This document shows, piece after piece, positions 25,698-32,000 of a stretch of 32,000 nucleotides of DNA; the stretch's first letter is position 1; every line of letters begins with the position of its first letter. Made by a program: the position numbers and the translations under genes. Below the pieces are notes generated by a model. It had not been told where the DNA came from, ran no database searches, and worked only from the letters and a program-made list of their open reading frames with translations. The stretch is from Tissierellia bacterium (GTDB lineage Bacteria; Bacillota; Clostridia; Tissierellales; Tepidimicrobiaceae), in assembly GCA_012728075.1 (NCBI GenBank), contig JAAYFV010000080.1, positions 1 to 32,000 on the forward strand, written 5' to 3'.

Positions 25698-26663
25698 ATG
25701 GTGGAATATTTAGATATAATTAGAATTATTCTAATTTCATTTACAATAACTATTATTTTAGGACCAGTAGTTATACCTTTATTAAAAAGACATAAAATTG
25801 GTCAAAATGTAAGAGATGATGGTCCAGAAACCCATTTGGCTAAATCTGGTACTCCTACTATGGGTGGAGTAATAATGCTGATAGCTTTACTAATAACTAC
25901 CATGACATCAGGTATGTTAAACAAGGATATGTATATATTATTGATATCTACTTTTGGATTTGGACTAATAGGATTTATTGATGATTATTTAAAAGTAGCT
26001 AATGAGAGATCTTTAGGGCTTAAACCTTATCAAAAAATGATTGGGCAAATAGTTTTGGCCGTAATGTTGGCTATTTATCAGTCCAATACGTCTATGTTAG
26101 GGACCAAAATAATTGTTCCTTTTTTTAGTAATAGATATTTGGATTTAGGTATATTATACGTGCCCTTTATAGCTTTTGTTGTAGTAGGAACAGTAAATAG
26201 TGTAAACTTAACTGATGGGTTAGATGGATTAGCATCAGGGGTTACACTGATAGTATTATCCTTTTTTGGATTAGTGGCTCTTAATTGGGGGATGGATAGT
26301 ATATCAGTTTTTTCTGCAGCATTAACTGGTGCCTGTTTAGGTTTTTTGGTATATAATGCTTATCCAGCAAAAGTGTTTATGGGGGATACAGGTTCTATGG
26401 CTCTAGGTGGAGCTGTGGCAGCTATAGCTATATTGTTGAACTTACCTTTAATGATTCCCATAGCTGGAGGAATATACTTTATAGAAGCTTTGTCTGTAAT
26501 AATACAGGTAGCTTCTTACAAGCTTACTGGGAAAAGAGTGTTTCTTATGAGCCCTCTTCACCACCATTTTGAACAAAAAGGTTGGGAAGAGACAAGGGTT
26601 GTAGTAGTATTTTGGAGTCTTACTGTTATACTATGTTTAATAGGAGTTGCTAGCTTAAATTAA
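25698..26663 (+). CDS. mraY: Phospho-N-acetylmuramoyl-pentapeptide transferase
   Basis: 321 aa polytopic protein. Blocks are GTPTMGG, DDYLKV, NLTDGLDGLA, MGDTGS and PLHHHFE. Confidence 0.95.
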   Translation: MVEYLDIIRIILISFTITIILGPVVIPLLKRHKIGQNVRDDGPETHLAKSGTPTMGGVIMLIALLITTMTSGMLNKDMYILLISTFGFGLIGFIDDYLKVANERSLGLKPYQKMIGQIVLAVMLAIYQSNTSMLGTKIIVPFFSNRYLDLGILYVPFIAFVVVGTVNSVNLTDGLDGLASGVTLIVLSFFGLVALNWGMDSISVFSAALTGACLGFLVYNAYPAKVFMGDTGSMALGGAVAAIAILLNLPLMIPIAGGIYFIEALSVIIQVASYKLTGKRVFLMSPLHHHFEQKGWEETRVVVVFWSLTVILCLIGVASLN

Positions 26664-26684
26664 TTGGAAAGTTAGGTGTAAAGG

Positions 26685-28046
26685 ATGGATTTAAAAGATA
26701 AAAATGTACTAGTATTAGGATTGGGAATTAGTGGTGTATCTACAGTTAAAGCTTTGGATAAACTAGGAGTAAATATGGTCATTAGTGATACAAAATCCCA
26801 AGAAGAACTTAAAGATTATATAGATGAAATTAAGGATATAGATGTAAAGTATGTATTAGGAACCAATAAAGTACTTCTAGAGGATATAGATTTAATAGTA
26901 AAAAGTCCAGGAGTGCCTTTAGATCTACAAATTATAAAGGAAGCTAAAACAAAGGATATAGAAGTTATTACCGATTTGGAATTAGCTTATAGGATAAATC
27001 CCAATAGGAATATAATAGCTATAACAGGTACTAATGGGAAGACTACGACTGCTACTCTAACAGGTGAGTATTTTAAAAAGGCTGGTTACAATACCTATGT
27101 GATGGGAAATATTGGAGTAGGAGTATTGTGGAATATGATAAATTCTAGAGATGATGATATATTTGTAATTGAAGCTAGTAGCTTTCAATTAGAAAACACA
27201 TATGAATTTAAGCCAAAGATAAGTTTAATATTAAATATTACCCCAGATCATTTAAATTGGCATAAAACTTTTAAAAACTATGTTAATGCAAAGAAGAAAA
27301 TATTCAAAAACCAAGGTAAGGATGAGTACACTGTATTAAATTATGATGATCCCTTATTGAGAGATATGAAAGATGAAATAAAATCTAATTTAATATGGTT
27401 TAGTGTAGATAAGGAGCTTTCCAAGGGAATATATATTGAAGATGGATATATTGTAATAGATGATGGCAATGAAATAAAAAAAGTAGTTAAAACCGAAGAA
27501 ATAAAAATTCTAGGAAAACACAATCTAGAAAATGCTTTAGCAAGTGTAGCGGTTGGATGGATTATGGGGTTGGATATAGATATTATAAGGGATGTACTTA
27601 AAACCTTTCCTGGAGTAGAACATAGAATAGAATATGTAGATACTATAGATGGAGTTAAGTTTTATAATGACTCTAAAGGAACAAATTCCGATGCTAGTAT
27701 CAAAGCAATAGAAGCTGTTAGTAGTCCTATTATATTGATAGCAGGAGGTATGGATAAGGGAACAGAATTTGATGATTTTATATTATCTTTTAATGGCAAG
27801 GTTAAGGCTTTGGTACTTTTAGGGGAGACTAAAGAAAAGATAAAGGAAACTGCATATAAATATGGGTTTGAAAAAGTTTATTTAGTAAAAGATATGGAAG
27901 AAGCAGTTAGAAAAAGCTTTCAATTGGCTAATAGAGGGGATAACATATTACTTTCCCCAGCATGTGCTAGCTGGGATATGTATCATAGTTTTGAGGCTAG
28001 AGGGGAGCATTTTAAGGGGATTGTATCTAGTTTGAAGGAGGAATAG
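26685..28046 (+). CDS. murD: UDP-N-acetylmuramoylalanine--D-glutamate ligase
   Basis: N-terminal Rossmann block VLVLGLGISG, a GTNGKTT P-loop and a DSKGTN block. Confidence 0.93.
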   Translation: MDLKDKNVLVLGLGISGVSTVKALDKLGVNMVISDTKSQEELKDYIDEIKDIDVKYVLGTNKVLLEDIDLIVKSPGVPLDLQIIKEAKTKDIEVITDLELAYRINPNRNIIAITGTNGKTTTATLTGEYFKKAGYNTYVMGNIGVGVLWNMINSRDDDIFVIEASSFQLENTYEFKPKISLILNITPDHLNWHKTFKNYVNAKKKIFKNQGKDEYTVLNYDDPLLRDMKDEIKSNLIWFSVDKELSKGIYIEDGYIVIDDGNEIKKVVKTEEIKILGKHNLENALASVAVGWIMGLDIDIIRDVLKTFPGVEHRIEYVDTIDGVKFYNDSKGTNSDASIKAIEAVSSPIILIAGGMDKGTEFDDFILSFNGKVKALVLLGETKEKIKETAYKYGFEKVYLVKDMEEAVRKSFQLANRGDNILLSPACASWDMYHSFEARGEHFKGIVSSLKEE

Positions 28047-28047
28047 A

Positions 28048-29166
28048 ATGGCTAAGAAGGTTAAAAAAAGAGCTCCTGATTTTACCTTGCTTTTATCAAC
28101 TTTACTCCTGGTGTTCATTGGTATAATAATGGTTTTTAGTTCATCTTGGCCAGAAGGTATCAAGACTTTTAACGATGGGTATCACTTTTTAAAGAAACAA
28201 TTGTTTGCAGCAGGATTAGGGCTTATAGCTTTGCTATTTTTTATGAACTTTGATTATAGAAGATTGAAGAAATTGTCTTGGTTTGTTTATGTTATTTCCA
28301 TACTTAGTGGTCTATTAATTTTTACTTCTTTAGGGGTTACTAAAAAAGGAGCAAGAAGATGGGTAAATCTTGGGTTTACCACTTTTATGCCTTCAGATAT
28401 TATTAAACTAGGATCTATTATATTCTTAGCTGCTCAATTGTCAAAAAAACAAGATAAGATCAAGGATTTTGGAAAAGGATTATTACCAACTATAGCTGTT
28501 GTGGGAATCTCTTGTGGAATGGTGTATCTTCAAAAGGATTTATCTACTACGGTTACGTTGGGAGGGACTCTTATAAGTATGCTATTTGTAGCTGGAATGA
28601 AGCTATCTCATATGTTTGTTCTAATGGCTATGGCAGGCTTAGGATTGTTTAAAGCCATAACAGATGAGGATAATCTATATAGGATGAAAAGGGTTACTAG
28701 CTTTTTAGATCCTTTTGCAGATAAAAGTGATACTGGATGGCAAGCAGTACAATCCCTATACGCACTAGGTTCAGGTGGATTGTTTGGATTGGGATTAGGA
28801 AAGAGTAGACAGAAATTCTTTTATATTCCTGAACCCCATAATGATTTTATATTTGCAATCATAGGTGAAGAATTAGGATTTTTGGGGGCTTTAACTGTTA
28901 TTATGTTATTTTTCCTATTGATTTGGAGAGGGATTAGAATAGCTTTAAATGTGGAGGATCTATTTGGATGTTTACTTGCTACAGGTATTATAGCTTTAAT
29001 TACTATTCAATCTTTGATCCATATTGGTGTTGTAACATCTTCTATACCTCCTACAGGAATACCCTTGCCTTTTGTTAGTTATGGAGGCACTTCATTAATA
29101 CTATATATGTCGGCTATTGGTATTTTACTAAATATATCAAGATATGTATCTACTGATGGGAGTTGA
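28048..29166 (+). CDS. ftsW: SEDS-family peptidoglycan glycosyltransferase FtsW/SpoVE
   Basis: 372 aa with about 10 TM segments. The PEPHNDFIF block and the C-terminal PPTGIPLPFVSYGGTS motif are present. Confidence 0.92.
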   Translation: MAKKVKKRAPDFTLLLSTLLLVFIGIIMVFSSSWPEGIKTFNDGYHFLKKQLFAAGLGLIALLFFMNFDYRRLKKLSWFVYVISILSGLLIFTSLGVTKKGARRWVNLGFTTFMPSDIIKLGSIIFLAAQLSKKQDKIKDFGKGLLPTIAVVGISCGMVYLQKDLSTTVTLGGTLISMLFVAGMKLSHMFVLMAMAGLGLFKAITDEDNLYRMKRVTSFLDPFADKSDTGWQAVQSLYALGSGGLFGLGLGKSRQKFFYIPEPHNDFIFAIIGEELGFLGALTVIMLFFLLIWRGIRIALNVEDLFGCLLATGIIALITIQSLIHIGVVTSSIPPTGIPLPFVSYGGTSLILYMSAIGILLNISRYVSTDGS

Positions 29167-29170
29167 AATT

Positions 29171-30274
29171 ATGCGATATTTGATTACAGGCGGGGGAACT
29201 GGAGGACATATATATCCAGCTCTGGCCATAGCAAAGGAAATAGAAAATAGACATGGGGACGCAAAAATTCTGTATGTTGGTACTGAAAAAGGTTTAGAGT
29301 CTGAATTAGTACCTAGGGAAGGATATGATTTTAAAACCATAAGGGTTAAAGGTATGCCTAGGAAGATTAGTAAAGAAACCTTTATAGCTATAAAAGAGTT
29401 GTTATTAGGTCTTGGAGATGCAAATAAGATTATTAAAGAATTTAAACCCCATGTAGTTATTGGCACTGGTGGTTATGTATGCGGTCCAGTAGTTTATAAG
29501 GCTAGTAAGAAAAACATACCTACATTAATTCATGAACAAAATGCATTCCCTGGGATTACAAATAAAATCCTTTCTAGATATGTAGATAAAGTTTTAGTGA
29601 CTTTTGAGGAGTCCAAAAAATATTTTAAATATCCTGAAAAAGTCTTTGTTACAGGAAATCCAATACGAAAGAGTATTTTGGAGGTGAATTTAAATGAGGC
29701 CTATAGGGATTTAAATGTCCATCCTAATATTCCTTTTATATTGTCTTTTGGGGGAAGTGGTGGGCAGAAGAAATTAAATGAAGCCATGTTCCATGTAATA
29801 AAGAACAATATATTAAATACTCATTTACAGATACTCCATATAACTGGAAAAAGGTTCTATAAAGATTTTATGGATAAGTTAAAAGAAAAAAATTTGATCT
29901 TAAATAACAATATAAAAGTGTTGCCTTATTTTTATGATATGCCAAAGGCTATTAATATTGCAGATTTAGTAGTAACTTCAGCTGGCGCTATAACCTTATC
30001 AGAAATATCTGCAGTTGGAGTTCCTAGTATACTCATCCCTAAAGGTTATACTGCAGAAAATCATCAGGAGTATAATGCTAGAGCTTTTGAACAAAATGGT
30101 GCTTCTATAGTTATACTGGAAAAAGATTTGACTGGGGAAAAATTAGAAGAAGTTATTTATACTTTGATAGAGGACAAAAAAACTTTAGAAGAAATGAGTA
30201 AAAATAGCAAAAAAATGGGAAAGATCGATGCAGTAGATAATATAGTAGATATTATTGATTCTCTTATAATGTAA
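29171..30274 (+). CDS. murG: Undecaprenyldiphospho-muramoylpentapeptide beta-N-acetylglucosaminyltransferase
   Basis: Canonical N-terminus MRYLITGGGTGGHIYPALA at ATG 29171; the track start at 29144 is upstream. HEQNAFPG and GGSGG blocks are present. Confidence 0.93.
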   Translation: MRYLITGGGTGGHIYPALAIAKEIENRHGDAKILYVGTEKGLESELVPREGYDFKTIRVKGMPRKISKETFIAIKELLLGLGDANKIIKEFKPHVVIGTGGYVCGPVVYKASKKNIPTLIHEQNAFPGITNKILSRYVDKVLVTFEESKKYFKYPEKVFVTGNPIRKSILEVNLNEAYRDLNVHPNIPFILSFGGSGGQKKLNEAMFHVIKNNILNTHLQILHITGKRFYKDFMDKLKEKNLILNNNIKVLPYFYDMPKAINIADLVVTSAGAITLSEISAVGVPSILIPKGYTAENHQEYNARAFEQNGASIVILEKDLTGEKLEEVIYTLIEDKKTLEEMSKNSKKMGKIDAVDNIVDIIDSLIM

Positions 30275-30279
30275 TCCCT

Positions 30280-30308
30280 TTGTCACATTTCCAATATATA
30301 CGCATAAT
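30280..30308 (+). promoter_or_regulatory. Candidate internal promoter TTGTCA-17 nt-CATAAT upstream of murA
   Basis: Hexamers at 30280-30285 and 30303-30308 in the 69-nt murG-murA spacer. Confidence 0.3.
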
Positions 30309-30349
30309 ATGATGATATACTTAAGCTTTGACATATTGGAGGTGTGATA

Positions 30350-31603
30350 ATGGAAAAGTTGATCTTATATGGCGGAAATAGACTGACAGGAGAAGTAAGC
30401 GTTTCAGGTGCAAAAAATGCAATTTTACCTATACTGGCAGCTACTGTTATTGGAGGTAATGAGAGTACAATTTTCAATGTTCCAAAACTTAGAGATGTAG
30501 AAGTTATGGAGGAAATACTTATAGCTCTTGGCTGTAATATAAAGCGTGTGGATAATATGATGTGGGTTGATTCTAAACCTTTAAATCAGATAAAAATTCC
30601 AGATGAGTTAGCAAGGGAGATGAGATCTTCTATAATACTTATGGGAGCGATGCTTTCTAGATGTGGTGAAGTAATAATTAGTTATCCTGGGGGTTGTGAA
30701 ATAGGGCCAAGACCAATAGATATGCATTTAAAAGCGTTAAAGGATTTGGGAGCAGAAATAGAAGAATCCCATGGTTTCATATATTCTAAAGGGAAAGAAC
30801 TTAAAGGTACAGAGATACAACTTGATTATCCTAGTGTAGGTGCTACGGAGAATATAATATTGGCTGCTATAAAGGCGAAAGGTACCACTATTATCCGAAA
30901 TGCAGCTAGGGAACCAGAAATAGTAGATTTACAAAATTATTTAAATAAAGCTGGAGCTAAGATAAATGGTGCTGGTACCAGTATTGTAATAATAGAAGGG
31001 GTTGATCAATTAGAAAATGTTACTTACAACACTATGCCAGACAGAATAGTTGCTGGAACTTATATGATTGCTTCTGCCATTACTAAAGGGGAAATAATAT
31101 TAAAAAATGTAATCATAGACCATCTTCAAGGGGTAATTGCAAAATTAAAGGAGGCTGGTTGTTTAATATATAGCGATGAAAATTCTTTGAAGATAATAGG
31201 ACCTGAAAAAATAAATTCCATAGAGATGGTACAAACTTTACCTTATCCTGGTTTTCCAACGGATATGCAGGCTCAGATTATGGCTTTATTAAGCATTGCT
31301 AATGGAACTAGTATTATTTCAGAAACGGTATTTGAAAATAGATTTAAACATGTGGAAGAGCTCATAAGAATGGGAGCAAATATAAAAACTTTTGGAAAGG
31401 TAGCAATTATAAAAGGAGTAAAAGAATTGACTGGAGCTAAGACTACTGCTAAGGATTTAAGAGGTGGGGCAAGCCTAGTATTAGCTGGATTGGCTGCAAA
31501 AGGGAAAACTGAAATAGAAAATATTTACCATATAAAAAGAGGATATGAAAATTTTCATAATACTTTAAGAGAACTTGGTGCCCATATTGAGTTGGTAAAA
31601 TAG
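30350..31603 (+). CDS. murA: UDP-N-acetylglucosamine 1-carboxyvinyltransferase
   Basis: MEKLILYGGNRLTGEVSVSGAKNA N-terminus, with the active-site loop YPGGCEIGPRPID (Cys retained). The ATG at 30350 is 6 nt after GGAGG. Confidence 0.93.
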   Translation: MEKLILYGGNRLTGEVSVSGAKNAILPILAATVIGGNESTIFNVPKLRDVEVMEEILIALGCNIKRVDNMMWVDSKPLNQIKIPDELAREMRSSIILMGAMLSRCGEVIISYPGGCEIGPRPIDMHLKALKDLGAEIEESHGFIYSKGKELKGTEIQLDYPSVGATENIILAAIKAKGTTIIRNAAREPEIVDLQNYLNKAGAKINGAGTSIVIIEGVDQLENVTYNTMPDRIVAGTYMIASAITKGEIILKNVIIDHLQGVIAKLKEAGCLIYSDENSLKIIGPEKINSIEMVQTLPYPGFPTDMQAQIMALLSIANGTSIISETVFENRFKHVEELIRMGANIKTFGKVAIIKGVKELTGAKTTAKDLRGGASLVLAGLAAKGKTEIENIYHIKRGYENFHNTLRELGAHIELVK

Positions 31604-31656
31604 CAGCCTTTGCTGCTTGAAAAAACATTGGACGAGCAAGTAGGTGATGCCAAATA

Positions 31657-32000
31657 ATGACAAAAAGCAAGAAATACAGAAGAAAGATGAGAAGAAAAAG
31701 GATTTTAAAATTCATACTGTTTATTCTAATACTCAGTTTTGCATACCTATTCATATTTAAAACTGACATTTTTCATATACAAAACATTCAAGTAATAGGT
31801 AATAAAAAGATGACTAATGATGAAATACTTAAAGCATCCACCTACATGAAAGGGGAAAATATATTTAAAATCAGTAAGAAACGTGGGGAAGAGAATTTGG
31901 AAAGATTACCCTATATAAAAGAAGCAAAAGTCAATAGAAAATTACCAAAAAGTATAATAATTCATGTGGAAGAACGAGAAGAAGTTGCTATAATACCTTA
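31657..32000 (+). CDS. ftsQ: 5' part of cell division protein FtsQ/DivIB, running off the right edge
   Basis: ATG at 31657 is 9 nt after AGGTGA. My translation is MTKSKKYRRKMRRKRILKFILFILILSFAYLFIFKTDIFHIQNIQVIGNKKMTNDEILKASTYMKGENIFKI...IIIHVEEREEVAIIP: a basic tail, a TM segment, then a POTRA domain. It is not in the track because it is truncated. Confidence 0.8.
   Translation, partial: MTKSKKYRRKMRRKRILKFILFILILSFAYLFIFKTDIFHIQNIQVIGNKKMTNDEILKASTYMKGENIFKISKKRGEENLERLPYIKEAKVNRKLPKSIIIHVEEREEVAIIP

Noticed and set aside
30328-30333. Perfect TTGACA hexamer just upstream of murA
   Set aside because: Only the RBS and start codon follow it within 17-20 nt, and there is no -10 element. It is likely fortuitous.
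31647-31766. Alternative-frame ORF starting at ATG 31647 (MPNNDKKQEIQKK...) at the ftsQ locus
   Set aside because: That ATG abuts the AGGTGA SD with no spacer, and the product is short with no TM segment. The ATG at 31657 gives the expected FtsQ/DivIB architecture of basic tail, TM segment and POTRA domain.
1-32000. Scan for CRISPR arrays, IS elements or transposases, integrases, prophage genes, toxin-antitoxin pairs, tRNA and rRNA genes
   Set aside because: I saw no direct-repeat/spacer arrays and no transposase or recombinase motifs in any ORF. The intergenic regions are short and AT-rich, without tRNA-like GC-rich cloverleaf segments. The window reads as core chromosome.

Overview
This is an AT-rich chromosomal segment that looks like a low-GC, endospore-forming Firmicute of the Clostridia type. 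Sporulation-type genes (yunB, a YhcN/YlaJ-like lipoprotein, SpoVD/SpoVE-type division genes) support that. About 33 protein genes are present, almost all on the + strand and nearly all core housekeeping. Left to right: the 5' end of a PBP-like gene (minus), yunB, hflX, a Nudix-fold gene, a yigZ-family gene and a CoA-binding gene. Next come a split TSUP/TauE pair (minus), nadE, a YebC-family regulator and an untracked 57-aa ORF. A two-gene membrane module follows (DUF1461/Lit-like protein plus a TM-flanked Mrr-like nuclease-fold protein), then aroC-aroB-aroA and pduL-deoC. After that is a PRD antiterminator with two RAT/terminator leaders, a NagE/PtsG-like PTS EIICB and an unrecognised 306-aa protein. 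The window continues with ychF (minus), an amber-interrupted spore lipoprotein gene and lgt. It ends with a complete dcw cluster: MraZ boxes, mraZ, rsmH, ftsL, a class B PBP, murE, mraY, murD, ftsW/spoVE, murG, murA and the 5' end of ftsQ/divIB. I saw no rRNA, tRNA, CRISPR array, transposase, integrase or obvious defence island. The best candidates for undescribed biology are modest. They are the overlapping membrane pair at 7.0-8.6 kb, the PTS-linked 306-aa protein with a perfect 30-nt palindrome in front of it, the amber-split lipoprotein, a Nudix fold lacking its catalytic glutamates, and the split half-size TSUP transporter. All family assignments come from reading motifs in the translations by eye; no database search was run.
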